The translations under genes were made by a program, and so were the position numbers. Shown piece by piece: positions 9,159 to 19,900 of a stretch of DNA of 32,000 nucleotides. The stretch covers positions 30,001 through 62,000 of the forward strand of contig JBAZYK010000002.1 in the NCBI GenBank assembly GCA_041659405.1, in the 5' to 3' direction. This stretch comes from Candidatus Altimarinota bacterium. GTDB taxonomy: Bacteria > Patescibacteriota > Gracilibacteria > UBA1369. The first letter of the stretch is position 1. Every line of letters starts with the position of its first letter. Under the pieces are notes generated by a model. That model ran no database searches. It was given only the letters and a program-made list of their open reading frames with translations, and had not been told where the DNA came from.

Positions 9159-10394
9159 ATGAATGTTCGCCGCTTTCAAGATATCAATCTAAAAAACAAG
9201 CGTGTTCTTTTGCGTGTTGATTTTAACGTAACCATGAAAGATGGAAAAATCGACGACGATACACGCATAGTGCAAACATTGCCGACCATCAAGCACCTTA
9301 TTAAGAATGGCGCCAAGACCATTATCGTTTCTCATTTGGGCCGCCCAAAAGGTAAAGATAAAAGTTTAAATCTTACCCCAATCGCCAAGCATCTAAGCAA
9401 ACTCTTAAAAAAGCCGGTATTAAAATTAGACAGTTGTGTCGGCCCGGAAGTCACTAAAGCCGTAAAAGCAATGAAGCCGGGTGAAGTAATTATGCTGGAA
9501 AATATTCGTTTTTATCCTGAAGAAGAAAAAAACAGCGCGCCTTTTGCCAAAAAACTGGCAGCTCTTGCCGATATTTTTGTGGCTGATTCATTTGGAACCG
9601 CGCATCGTGCCCATGCTTCAACATACGGTGTTGCCAAATATCTGCCTGCCTATGCGGGATTTTTGATTCAAAAAGAAGTAAATGTTTTGGGCCAACTGTT
9701 GGATAAATGTCCACGACCAATGACTTTAATTGTAGGAGGAGCCAAAATCGACACAAAAATCGGCCTGATTCAAAACTTTGTAACCAAAGCCGATTACTTT
9801 TTGATTGGTGGAGGTTTGGCAAATACTTTTTTGGCAGCTGAAGGATTTGATGTCGGAAAATCCCTTTTTGAAGCGGATAAAATCGAGGTAGCGCAGGACA
9901 CAATGCTAAAAGCTGAATCATTCAAAGAAAATTTTGTTCTTCCCGAAGATGTGGTGGTTGCCGATGAAATTCAGGAAAAAGCTTCCACACTTGATCTTCC
10001 GGTTGAGGATGTTTTAGGTGATATGAAAATTTTGGATATTGGCAAAAGATCAATTCGCAAATTCATCCATGTTATTGAAAAATCCAAAATCGTAGTTTGG
10101 AACGGACCAGTCGGACTTTTTGAAATGAAACCATTTGCACACGGCACTCGCATGATTGCCAAGGCTCTAGCCAATGCCAAAGGCGTTAAAACCATCATCG
10201 GCGGTGGCGATACAATTGATGCCATCAAACACTTCGGCTTCAGCGAAAAAGACTTCACCCACGTTTCCACAGGCGGTGGCGCCATGCTGGAATTTTTAGA
10301 AGGCGAAATGCTACCGGGAATCAAAATTCTGCTGGATAAGAAGAAAAACACAAAGAAGAGTGCAAAAAAAGCAGTAAAGAAAGGCAAAAAATAA
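9159..10394 (+). CDS. pgk: Phosphoglycerate kinase
   Basis: LLRVDFNV, SHLGRPKG, MLENIRFYPEEEKN, DSFGTAHRAHAST, WNGPVGLFE, GGGDTI, STGGGAMLEFLEG. Confidence 0.97.
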   Translation: MNVRRFQDINLKNKRVLLRVDFNVTMKDGKIDDDTRIVQTLPTIKHLIKNGAKTIIVSHLGRPKGKDKSLNLTPIAKHLSKLLKKPVLKLDSCVGPEVTKAVKAMKPGEVIMLENIRFYPEEEKNSAPFAKKLAALADIFVADSFGTAHRAHASTYGVAKYLPAYAGFLIQKEVNVLGQLLDKCPRPMTLIVGGAKIDTKIGLIQNFVTKADYFLIGGGLANTFLAAEGFDVGKSLFEADKIEVAQDTMLKAESFKENFVLPEDVVVADEIQEKASTLDLPVEDVLGDMKILDIGKRSIRKFIHVIEKSKIVVWNGPVGLFEMKPFAHGTRMIAKALANAKGVKTIIGGGDTIDAIKHFGFSEKDFTHVSTGGGAMLEFLEGEMLPGIKILLDKKKNTKKSAKKAVKKGKK

Positions 10395-10403
10395 AAATTC
10401 CTT

Positions 10404-10775
10404 TTAAGCCGCTATACAATCAATCTCAACTAGGACATCTTTAGGCAACCTTGCTACCTGCACAGTTGCCCGCGCGGGCTTATTTTCACCAAAGAAACGT
10501 CCGTAAACTTCATTCATAGCTGCAAAATCGGCCATATTGGCCAAAAAGACGGTGGTTTTAACCACTTTACCCAAACCACTTCCGGCAGCTTCTAAAACAG
10601 CCTTCAAATTGCTTAAAACCTGCTCGGTTTGTTCAACAATTCCACCACTAACCAATGTTCCATCAGCCCTCAAAGGAATCTGGCCAGAACAGAACACAAA
10701 ACCATTCGCTTTAATTGCCTGACTGTAAGGTCCGATAGCCGCAGGAGCATTGGTTGTAGCAACAATTTCCATCAT
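10404..10775 (-). CDS. ridA: RidA/YjgF family enamine/imine deaminase
   Basis: [26 protein letters not shown], ...[14 protein letters not shown]..., [20 protein letters not shown]. Confidence 0.93.
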   Translation of the reverse strand: MMEIVATTNAPAAIGPYSQAIKANGFVFCSGQIPLRADGTLVSGGIVEQTEQVLSNLKAVLEAAGSGLGKVVKTTVFLANMADFAAMNEVYGRFFGENKPARATVQVARLPKDVLVEIDCIAA

Positions 10776-10789
10776 AAAAAGTATAAAAT

Positions 10790-13540
10790 TTATTTTTTGT
10801 TGGATTTACCGGCTGGCACAGACTTGGCCGCAACAACCTTTTTCATCGCAGTCAAAGCCTTCTTTTCCTTTCCAGCAACGACCAAACTCTCCCCACCTTC
10901 TTCCTCCTCTTTTTGTGAACCTTCATGCCATCTTCTAATCTTGTCCTCCACAATTTCACGCGGAGTCGCATAACGTTCACGTGAAAGCTTGATAACCTTC
11001 TCAAGACGCCCTTCTTCCTGATCAAATTGCGGTGGAGCCAAAGTATCCATAGAGAATGTTTTAGACGGCATACCGTCAATCAACAACCTGGTATAAGCCG
11101 TATACTTACTCAAAGCGACCAGATCATTCGGCAAAACCTCTTCACCATATTGGCCGGACAAAAACTCGGCATCATCAAACCCAACCTGAAAAGACAAAAC
11201 CGAACCGACGTTACCAAAAACCGCATCACGAACCTCTTCCGGCATTTGCGCAATATATTGATTAGCCATAGTCAAATTCAAGCGATACTTACGCGCTTCA
11301 GACAAAATCGTCGAAAAAGAATCAGTCGCAAAATTTTGAAATTCATCAACATACAAATAAAAATCCGTTCGATCTTCTTCCGGCACATTAGCCCTGCTCA
11401 TAGCGTCCAACTGGAATTTGGTAATCATCATCGAACCCAAAAGTGATGACGTATCTTCACCAATTTTCCCTTTGGATAAATTCACAATCACGATTTTTTT
11501 GTGATCCATGGCAAAGCGCAGATCAATGGCACTTTTTGGCTGACCCAAGATATTTCTAATGATCGGTGAAGATAAAAACTGTCCAACTTTATTCAAAATT
11601 GGCGAGATAGCTTCCACCCTGATTTTTGGATCCATTTTTTCAAATTCATTAACCCAAAAACTCTTCACTATCGGATCGGTAATTTTGCGAACCACACGAG
11701 CACGAAAATCTTTATCCTGCAAAATTCTTGGGATACCCAACATGGTAGTATTGGGATATTCAAGCAAAGAAAGCACTGTGTTTCTTAAAATATGTTCAAG
11801 ACGCGGCCCCCAACTTTCGGCATAAATTTTCTTAAAAATCCCCACTAAACCGGAACAAACAATGCTGTTTAAAGCCGGATCAATATTTTCCAACATGTTG
11901 AATGCAACCGGAAAATCGCGATCGGAAGGATCAAAGATAATCACATCATTGGTGCGGCGCGCCGGAATAAAATTCAACACATCATCAGCCAAATCGCCAT
12001 GCGGATCAACCACCGCAAGGCCCCTACCCGCTTGTATATCGGCAAAAATCATATTTTCCAACAAGGTTGATTTACCCATGCCGGTTTTACCAATGATATA
12101 AATATGACGTCTTCTATCCAACTTCTTAATTCCGAATTCCTGATCGGTTCCTCTAAAATTGGTTTTTCCAAGCAACGTAACTTCTTCTTCACCAAAATCC
12201 TTAACGGTCGGTAAATCATTTGGTGGTTCAACTTTTTTGGAACGAACCCAGTAAATATTTGGAGTAGTCACGGTCAAATTCGGCATATGATAAATAGTCG
12301 CCAATTCCTCTACATTAAGGGCAAAAGGGTGATCCATTTCACGTTCACGGTAACGCTCAACAATTGAAGAATCCTTAACAATCTCCTTCATTTTAAAACC
12401 ATTCAAGTGCGGAATATTATACTGCTTAAACGACCCGGCAATTTCACGCAATTTCACCATGGCAACTTCCATATTCTTGGTTTTAGGAACATAGACAATA
12501 CGAATATTGGCTTCATACATAAGCTTTCCGACCTTGTCGATTGCCGCGACCATCACCGTTTCTTTTTCATGAGTTTTGGAAACCTGTTCTTCAACATCTT
12601 CACCGCCAGAGTGGCCTTCTATCTGATCAAAAGCATGCGTGCCGGAAAAAACACCTTTTAAAGCAAACATCCAATATAACGGAAAAAACAAAATTCTTTT
12701 ATATTTATTTCTGGAACAAAAAGCACGAGCATAAGCCTTTTGCAAGCTATCAATATTCAAAAATATTCCTTTTTTTAAAATACGAATACATTTCACAAAA
12801 ACCATACGCCATTTTTCTTCCAAAGGCCGAACAATAATTTGGATCCAGGCCTGCTCATCCAGATCATGAAATTTAGCCAGTGTTGCTGTAACTCCAGCCA
12901 GAGAATCCAAAGAAACTTTGGCCTTTTTATCTTCAAATTGCGGATAACGTTTGATTGGGAAAATATCCGGATCCTGTAATTCAAGTTCTACACCAACGGC
13001 ATTTTGGAAATCATGAATTTTAGTAAAATCCTTAGGTTGAGGAGCCGCAGCTCCACCTTTTGGCACAAGCGCCTTAACTTCAACCTCACGACCTTCCTTG
13101 TCTTGATCGGCAGGTAAACTGATTTCCAGATCCAAAGAACTGGCATAATCCTCCACCTCAACAATTTCCACATTTGGATATTGCGCATAAATTTGTCCCT
13201 CCACCAGATTCCTTAAACGAGTTGGAAAATGCACAAAAAAGCGGATACTTCGGCCAACATTGGCTATTTCAAAACTCACCTGATCCTGACTTAAACCACT
13301 CAAACGATCCCAAAAAGAAAACTCACGGGCAATGCCATGAATGGTTGCAAAAATTTGTTCCGCCACAATTGGGCCGGTTTCGTTTTCCTTTGAAACCCGT
13401 ACCGAAAGCACAGTTTTATGATCCCTTAAGCGTCTACTTTTTTGACGATGGGCAATAAATGCCTCCAATAAAAGCAAAAAAGCTACAATGACCAAAACGG
13501 CCGCAACCGCATTGATGATAATAAAAAGAAATAAGTCCAT
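10790..13540 (-). CDS. Membrane-anchored VirB4/TraC/TraD-like DNA-translocase-type ATPase (DUF87 / type IV secretion DNA-binding domain family)
   Basis: N-terminal TM segment, long N-terminal domain, Walker [26 protein letters not shown], Walker B-like [15 protein letters not shown], and sensor-like [18 protein letters not shown]. Confidence 0.85.
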   Translation of the reverse strand: MDLFLFIIINAVAAVLVIVAFLLLLEAFIAHRQKSRRLRDHKTVLSVRVSKENETGPIVAEQIFATIHGIAREFSFWDRLSGLSQDQVSFEIANVGRSIRFFVHFPTRLRNLVEGQIYAQYPNVEIVEVEDYASSLDLEISLPADQDKEGREVEVKALVPKGGAAAPQPKDFTKIHDFQNAVGVELELQDPDIFPIKRYPQFEDKKAKVSLDSLAGVTATLAKFHDLDEQAWIQIIVRPLEEKWRMVFVKCIRILKKGIFLNIDSLQKAYARAFCSRNKYKRILFFPLYWMFALKGVFSGTHAFDQIEGHSGGEDVEEQVSKTHEKETVMVAAIDKVGKLMYEANIRIVYVPKTKNMEVAMVKLREIAGSFKQYNIPHLNGFKMKEIVKDSSIVERYREREMDHPFALNVEELATIYHMPNLTVTTPNIYWVRSKKVEPPNDLPTVKDFGEEEVTLLGKTNFRGTDQEFGIKKLDRRRHIYIIGKTGMGKSTLLENMIFADIQAGRGLAVVDPHGDLADDVLNFIPARRTNDVIIFDPSDRDFPVAFNMLENIDPALNSIVCSGLVGIFKKIYAESWGPRLEHILRNTVLSLLEYPNTTMLGIPRILQDKDFRARVVRKITDPIVKSFWVNEFEKMDPKIRVEAISPILNKVGQFLSSPIIRNILGQPKSAIDLRFAMDHKKIVIVNLSKGKIGEDTSSLLGSMMITKFQLDAMSRANVPEEDRTDFYLYVDEFQNFATDSFSTILSEARKYRLNLTMANQYIAQMPEEVRDAVFGNVGSVLSFQVGFDDAEFLSGQYGEEVLPNDLVALSKYTAYTRLLIDGMPSKTFSMDTLAPPQFDQEEGRLEKVIKLSRERYATPREIVEDKIRRWHEGSQKEEEEGGESLVVAGKEKKALTAMKKVVAAKSVPAGKSNKK

Positions 13541-13609
13541 TGGGAAATTTAAAATCGACGAAATTATAGCCGAAATGCTCCGGAAAAGAAAACATTTAGA
13601 CCATCTAAA

Positions 13610-14044
13610 TTAAAGCAGTTTCAAATGCTTTTTTAAAATCAGAATAGCCGCCAATTCATCTTCATACTGCTTGCGCTGCGAGCCTTTTAAACCAAGATCA
13701 GCCAAATGCTTATCAGCTTCATACGAAGTAAAAGACTCATCCTCAAAAACAAAAGATGGCACAAAGCCATTTTGCTTCAAAAAATCCTCCAGTTTTGTTA
13801 TAAACTTTCTCACTCGTGCAGTTTGAGGAGTTTCTTCCCCCTCTGAACCCAAAGGCAACCCAACAACTACAGTTTGCACCTGCTCATCCCGGCAAAACTT
13901 TAAGATCTTTTCAAAAACCGGTTTAAGACCTTTTAGTGGATTAAGCACACCTTTTCCAAAAACAAATTGCTGCGAGTCATCACAAATCGCCAAGCCGATA
14001 GCTGCTAAACCGTAATCAATAGCCAAAATTTTGCCTTTTTGCAT
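13610..14044 (-). CDS. ruvX: Putative Holliday junction resolvase/pre-16S rRNA nuclease, YqgF family
   Basis: ILAIDYGLAAIGLAICD, VVVGLPLGSEGEE, FEDESFTSYEAD; about 144 aa. Confidence 0.88.
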   Translation of the reverse strand: MQKGKILAIDYGLAAIGLAICDDSQQFVFGKGVLNPLKGLKPVFEKILKFCRDEQVQTVVVGLPLGSEGEETPQTARVRKFITKLEDFLKQNGFVPSFVFEDESFTSYEADKHLADLGLKGSQRKQYEDELAAILILKKHLKLL

Positions 14045-14063
14045 GTTCCATTAAAATGAATCC

Positions 14064-14510
14064 CTATTTTTCGCCTTTAATTTCAAGAGTAATCTTTGCG
14101 CTAACACCTTCGGCAATATTAACCGGAACTTCGTAAGTACCGGCAACCTTAATGTGTTCACTTAAAGCCAAATGCTGTCTTTCAAGACGAACATTGATTT
14201 TTTGTTCAATCGCCTCCAGAATCTCTTTTTCCGTAATTGAACCATAAAGCTTATCCCCTTTTGCCTTAGCCTTAAGGGTAATTTTAAGTCCCTTCAACTT
14301 TTTCTGGATTTCCTCAGCCTGTTCGGTAATACGTCCCTTTTCCACAACCTGGCGCTTTAGCGCTCCCTCGGCCTCTTTAATTTTAGCCGCTGTAGCCACT
14401 TCTGCCAAACCCTTTGGTTGAAGATAATTTTGGAAATAACCTTCTTTAACGTTTTTAACTTCCCCTTTTTTACCTAGAGCCGGAACGTTCTGTTTTAGAA
14501 TAACTTGCAT
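14064..14510 (-). CDS. rplI: 50S ribosomal protein bL9
   Basis: MQVILKQNVPALGKKGEVKNVKEGYFQNYLQPKGLA is the bL9 N-terminal signature; 148 aa. Confidence 0.96.
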   Translation of the reverse strand: MQVILKQNVPALGKKGEVKNVKEGYFQNYLQPKGLAEVATAAKIKEAEGALKRQVVEKGRITEQAEEIQKKLKGLKITLKAKAKGDKLYGSITEKEILEAIEQKINVRLERQHLALSEHIKVAGTYEVPVNIAEGVSAKITLEIKGEK

Positions 14511-14588
14511 ATGATAAATCGTTAAAATTACTCCTTATCTATAGCCAAAAAAGAGTCAAAAGTAAAGACTCGAACTTTAAAATCAGGA

Positions 14589-16274
14589 CTAATTACAAGT
14601 TGACGCACACCAGTTTGGCAAACCGGAAAAACGATCACTTGGATAAGCCAGGGAATCCAGAGAAATATTCTTAATTTTGTTATCGGAAGCCAAATAATAC
14701 TGTGGACGATAAAGGAAAACCGCCGGAATATCCGTAGCCAAAACCTTAGCCAAATCTTTTAATTTTTGATCTTTATCTGCAGAATCAAAACTATTTCTAA
14801 TCTGCTCAATCAGTTGATCAGCGGCAAAACTCTTATAATTGGAAAGATTTAAACCATCATTACCAATCTGACTTGAATGCCAATAAGAATAAGTATCAAG
14901 GTTATAACCCAAACTTTGGCCGGTAAGAAGCATGTCATAATCACGAGCCTGCAAACGTTTATTAAAATCATCAGTCTCCGCCAATTGAACATCCAGTTGA
15001 ATACCCAAATCACCCCATGACTTTTTCAGAAAATCAGTAACGGTTGCAAGTTCCTTGGCAATTGGATTTCCAGGTTCGTAAGCTCTAACCAACAAATTCA
15101 ATTTCAAAATATTTCCTTTACTGTCACGGCGCAAAAGATCCGCACTTTTACTATCAACTTTAAATCCGGCATCGTAAAAAGCTCCTTTTGCTTCGGTAAG
15201 ATTTGATTTATAAATCCAATCCGACTGGTTAAGTTCAAGCAAAGGTGTATCTACCGCGATTTTATCACCAAGAGTTTTTAAAAGATCATCTTTATTAAGA
15301 GTCTTTAAAAGGCCAATTCTGATTTTTTGATTTTTGATAATCGGACGATCAACATTAAAGAAAACCGCAGTGTACTGAAGAAGACTATATGGCATTAAAG
15401 TAAAATGCTGATCCTGTTGAAAAGCTGTTACAGATTGGGGTGGCACTTTGGAGATGATATTTAAGCCATTTTTCTCTTTCATTAAACTCGCCTCATCAGG
15501 GTAAACCGTGAAACGAATATGTTTGATTTTTGGAAGCTGTCCATAATAATGATCAAAAGCAGCCAAATTAACCAGCTGGCGGCCATCATCAAAAACCTGC
15601 ATTGGAACATCCATTTTATATGGCCCGGAGCCAATCGGTTTCAAATTGAAAGAAGACATAGGCAAATCCGCAACTTTAACATTGCCCAAAATATGCTTTG
15701 GCAAAATTCCAATATTAAAATTGGTTATAAAAAACGCATTGGGGTTTTGAATTTGGAAATCCACTGTTTGCTGATCTACCTGCTTTATTTGGACTCCTTC
15801 AAAATTAACTTTCAAAACCGGATTTTGAAAATCGGGACTCTGGATAAGATCATGAAAGGTAAAATAAACATCATCTGCCGTTACAGACGGACCATCATGC
15901 CAAAGCAAATTGCTCTTCAAAATAAAACGATAAGTTTTATGATCATCACTTAAAGTCAAACTCGCCATATCATCCACAAAAGTTTTTTTACTTGGATCAT
16001 ATTTAACCAAACCCGAAAAAACCAGACTGGCCAAATCGCGATTTGCTTCCCCAAAATCGACAAACAAAGGATTCACCAAAGCCGGCTTATCGCTTACCAA
16101 ACCTTCGGTATAAGCATCACCAGCCAAAGCGGGACTGCCATTAAAAACATCCAGGGTTAACTGCAATCCAAAAAAGACCACCATTCCCAAAACGATCACA
16201 CTTATAACTTTCTCCTCAATACTATAAGAATGAAGAACACGCAAAATGAGCTTTCCCCATTTAGACATACTCAC
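14589..16274 (-). CDS. ABC transporter substrate-binding protein family 5 (oligopeptide/dipeptide type), membrane-anchored N-terminus
   Basis: EGLVSDKPALVNPLF...NRDLASLVFSGLVKYD, LWHDGPSVTADDVYFTF, GPYKM and C-terminal PAVFLYRPQYYLA are SBP_bac_5 features. Confidence 0.9.
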   Translation of the reverse strand: MSMSKWGKLILRVLHSYSIEEKVISVIVLGMVVFFGLQLTLDVFNGSPALAGDAYTEGLVSDKPALVNPLFVDFGEANRDLASLVFSGLVKYDPSKKTFVDDMASLTLSDDHKTYRFILKSNLLWHDGPSVTADDVYFTFHDLIQSPDFQNPVLKVNFEGVQIKQVDQQTVDFQIQNPNAFFITNFNIGILPKHILGNVKVADLPMSSFNLKPIGSGPYKMDVPMQVFDDGRQLVNLAAFDHYYGQLPKIKHIRFTVYPDEASLMKEKNGLNIISKVPPQSVTAFQQDQHFTLMPYSLLQYTAVFFNVDRPIIKNQKIRIGLLKTLNKDDLLKTLGDKIAVDTPLLELNQSDWIYKSNLTEAKGAFYDAGFKVDSKSADLLRRDSKGNILKLNLLVRAYEPGNPIAKELATVTDFLKKSWGDLGIQLDVQLAETDDFNKRLQARDYDMLLTGQSLGYNLDTYSYWHSSQIGNDGLNLSNYKSFAADQLIEQIRNSFDSADKDQKLKDLAKVLATDIPAVFLYRPQYYLASDNKIKNISLDSLAYPSDRFSGLPNWCASTCN

Positions 16275-16285
16275 GTTTTTAAAGA

Positions 16286-16504
16286 CTAATGAACAAACAG
16301 GAACGCAAGTGAACTAAGAACAAATATCACTCCCAAAACGATTGTTGCCTGGAAAATAACCTTTTCAGCACCACGTTTAGTAACATGAAAAGTATCACTA
16401 CCTCCAAAAGTAGCGCTTAAACCGGAACTTCTATTCTGAACAAGAATAGCAAGAATCAAAAGGAGAGAAACGACGGCCTGGAAATATCTTAAGAAGGTAT
16501 ACAT
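16286..16504 (-). CDS. secG: Protein translocase subunit SecG
   Basis: 72 aa, two TM segments, LAILVQNRSSGLSATFGG...RGAEKVIFQATIVLG. Confidence 0.85.
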   Translation of the reverse strand: MYTFLRYFQAVVSLLLILAILVQNRSSGLSATFGGSDTFHVTKRGAEKVIFQATIVLGVIFVLSSLAFLFVH

Positions 16505-16532
16505 ACAAAAAAGTTAGAAAGCTTATTATGAA

Positions 16533-16904
16533 TTATTTGTTGCGAATAAAAATATGCAGAACCCAATTTGTAATCGCAAAAGCAAAAGCAGCAATAATAT
16601 AGGTTAAAACACCGCTCACTGCAACACTAACATCAGAAAAATGAAGAGCATTGACCCCTTTTACCGCTAACCAGAAGATAACAACGTTAATTACAAAACT
16701 AAATAGACCAAATGTCAAAAGCAAAACCGGCAAAGAGAGCAACTTCATCAAAGGCTTCACAAAAGTGTTCAAAAATCCGATTATAAAGCCACCAATGATA
16801 AAAAACTTAACACCACCGGTATAAGTAATATCAGGCAACAAACGGGTAGCCACATAGAGTGCCACACCATTTAAGACAACGCCAATCAGAATTTTTTTGA
16901 GCAT
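16533..16904 (-). CDS. Phage holin family 4 / YvlD-like membrane protein
   Basis: 123 aa, four TM segments; GFLNTFVKPLMKLLSLPVLLLTFGLFSFVINVVIFWL pattern. Confidence 0.87.
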   Translation of the reverse strand: MLKKILIGVVLNGVALYVATRLLPDITYTGGVKFFIIGGFIIGFLNTFVKPLMKLLSLPVLLLTFGLFSFVINVVIFWLAVKGVNALHFSDVSVAVSGVLTYIIAAFAFAITNWVLHIFIRNK

Positions 16905-16939
16905 AAAATGTAAAAAAGCCTTGCTAAGATTAACATATT

Positions 16940-19900
16940 TTATTTACGAACAGCAACCTTGATTTCAACTCCATCAACATCCACAACTCTTTCTTTATCC
17001 CATTCAAAATCACCTTTATCCTGCAGTTCCATCGCCAAAGTTTCACGACAGATATAATCGGCAAAATTGGTTACGGCGGAATCTAGTGGCTTTGGAGCAT
17101 GAATATAAACATAAATGCGATCACTTACATTATATCCGGCTTCTTTACGCAAATCCTGAACAACGCGAATAATTTCACGAGCCTGGCCTTCTTGTTTGAG
17201 TTCTTCGCTAACAACCGTGTCCAGAACTACTGAAATTCCTTCATCACTGGCCACATCAAAGCCTTCTTTGCCATGAAAACCAATTTGGACTTCATCACCG
17301 GTCAAAATAAATTCACCAACTTTAATAGTTCCATCTGCATGAATTTCAAACTCCCCCGCCTTGGCTTTGCGAATAATTTCCTGGACATCTTTGCCATACT
17401 TTGGGCCCAAAACTTTTGCATTTGGCATAACAACTTGAGTGATTACCGCATGTACATCCTTCAAAATTTCCAAATTTTTCACATTGAGCTCTTCACAAAT
17501 AACATCCTTTTGTTGAAGTACCAGTTTTTCGGAAATGGTTTTTGGCAATGCTACCTGAACCAGGTTTAAAGGCTGTCTTACCTTCAAATTGGCCTTATCA
17601 CGAACGGCATGACCAAGTGCCACAATTTTACGGACAACGTGTGTTTCCTGATTTAGTTCCGGCTTGATATGTTTTTTATTGGCTTTTGGCCAATCCGCCA
17701 AATGAACAGATTCCTCACCCGTCGAAGACCCCGCTTCGGCGGTGGTTAAATTCTTGTAAATTTCATCCGCCAAAAAAGGCATAAAAGGAGCCAGCAATTT
17801 TGAAAGCTCTACCAATACCACATAAAGTGTCTGATAAGCCTCAAATTTATCCGCATCATTTTCCGATTTCCAGAAACGGCGGCGACTTCTGCGCACATAC
17901 CAGTTGGAAAGATTATCCACAAATTCTAGCATTGGGCGGGTAGCTTTGGTCAGATTATAAGTATCCATTTCTTCACTAACCGACAGGATTAACTCGTTAA
18001 GTTCCGACATGATCCATTGATCCAGTTTGTGCTTTGGCGCAAAATTTTTCTTTAACTTCTTTGAATCCCACTTATCAATATTGGCATAGGTTACAAAGAA
18101 ACTATAACTGTTCCAAAGTGTAAGCGTGAATTTTTTGACGATTTCTTCCACGTGCTTTTCGGAAAAACGAACATCTTCAGCGAGTGGAGCGGTGCTTGTA
18201 TAAAGGAACATTCTGGTTGAATCCACACCCAAAGTATTAAACAAAACATTTGGATCCGGATAGTTTTTTTTGCGCTTGGAAAGCTTTTCGCCATCGGCAG
18301 CAAGCAAAATACCGTTCACGATAACGTTTTTAAACGCCGGCTTATCAAACAAAATTCCAGCCAAAACATGTAAAGTGTAAAACCAGCCACGAGTTTGATC
18401 CACTCCTTCGGCAATAAAATTCGCCGGAAAATTATCTTCAAACTCTTTCTTATTTTCAAAAGGATAATGAAGCTGAGCATAAGGCATTGAACCGCTTTCA
18501 AACCAGCAATCCAAAACTTCCGAAATACGGTGCATTTTCTTTTCGCACTTGTCACAGGTAATCGTAATTTCATCAATATATGGCTTGTGCAAATCCAAAA
18601 TCATTTTTCCATTTTCATCTTTGCGCATTGGCAACTTGCCACCGGAACGCTTTTTTAATTCCTCAATCGAACCAAGACATTCGGTGTGTCCACTTTCACA
18701 CTGCCAAATTGGCATAGCGCAGCCCCAGAAACGGTTTCGGCTAATCGCCCAATCACGGGCACCTTCCAACCATTTACCAAAACGACCCTGCTGAATATGC
18801 TCAGGCTGCCAGTGAATTTTCTTATTATTTTTTAATAACGCACTCTTAATTTCGGACACCTTTATAAACCATGATCCCGTCATATAATTCAAAAGCGGGG
18901 TATCACAACGCCAACAATGAGGATAACTATGGCGGAAATTATAAGCTGAAAAGCAAAGTCCCCTTTTCTTTAAATCCTCAACCACATTCTGATCCTGGCC
19001 TTTAACAAATTTGCCTACCCAAGGAGTAACTTCTTTAGTGAAAGCCCCATCCATACCAACATGCTGTACTAAAACCAGCTTATTTTTTTCCGCTACACGG
19101 TAATCATCTTCACCAAACATCGGCGCAATATGCACAACACCGGTACCATCTTCGGTTGTAACATAATCGTCCAGGACGATTTCATAAGCTTTTTGACCCT
19201 TTTCTTTAATAGCCAATTCAACTTCATCCACAAAAAAATCAAATAACGGCACATATTTTTTGCCTTTCATTTTTTTAGGATCAACCGACTCAATCAGCCG
19301 ATATTCCATGTCCTTCAAAACAGCTTCAACCCTGGCCTTAGCCAAAATATAAAACTCTTCTTTATCTTCTGTTTTTACGGCAACTTTCACATATTCAACT
19401 TTTGGACCAAAACAAATTGCGATATTTCCAGGCAGTGTCCATGGAGTAGTCGTCCAACCAAGAACGTAAGTATTTTCCTCATCAACCAATTTGAATTTTG
19501 CAATCACCGAAAGATCAGTCACGTCTTTATATCCCTGACTCACCTCAAAATTACTCAAAGGAGTCTCGCAACGCGGACAAATATGCATGCTTTTATAGCC
19601 CTGATAAACCATTTTCTTATCATAGATCTGCTTGAATACCCACCAGATCGACTCCATATAAGAATTATCCAAAGTGGCATAACTATCACCAAAATCAACC
19701 CAACGAGCAATACGCTTTAACAAAGTTTCCCATTCCTTGGTATAACGGAAAACACTCTGACGACATTTTTCATTAAAAACAGCCACTCCCAGTTTTTCAA
19801 TATCCTTCTTTCCATTTAATTGGAGCTCCTTTTCAATTTCATATTCAACCGGAAGACCATGACAATCCCAACCGTTAGTTCGTGGCACATAAAAACCCTT

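Noticed and set aside
9490-10387. Antisense ORFs of 143 aa and 138 aa opposite pgk
   Set aside because: They lie entirely inside a strongly supported pgk gene, have low-complexity composition typical of antisense shadow frames, and show no recognisable domains.
11027-13458. Multiple short ORFs inside the VirB4-like gene (e.g. 11027..11446, 12407..12661)
   Set aside because: All are shadows of the 916-aa ORF with no independent motifs or upstream spacing that supports a gene.
10790-13540. Integrated conjugative element
   Set aside because: Only the ATPase-like gene is present; no relaxase, integrase, attachment repeats or T4SS channel genes were seen.
13610-14044. Degenerate catalytic motif in RuvX (DYGLAAIG)
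   Set aside because: The residues following the catalytic DYG vary in known YqgF proteins, and the later acidic residues (FEDESFT, YEDE) are retained, so loss of activity is not supported.
16533-16904. Holin-like protein as evidence of a prophage
   Set aside because: This family (YvlD/phage holin family 4) is widespread in chromosomes, and the neighbours are secG and ileS with no phage genes.
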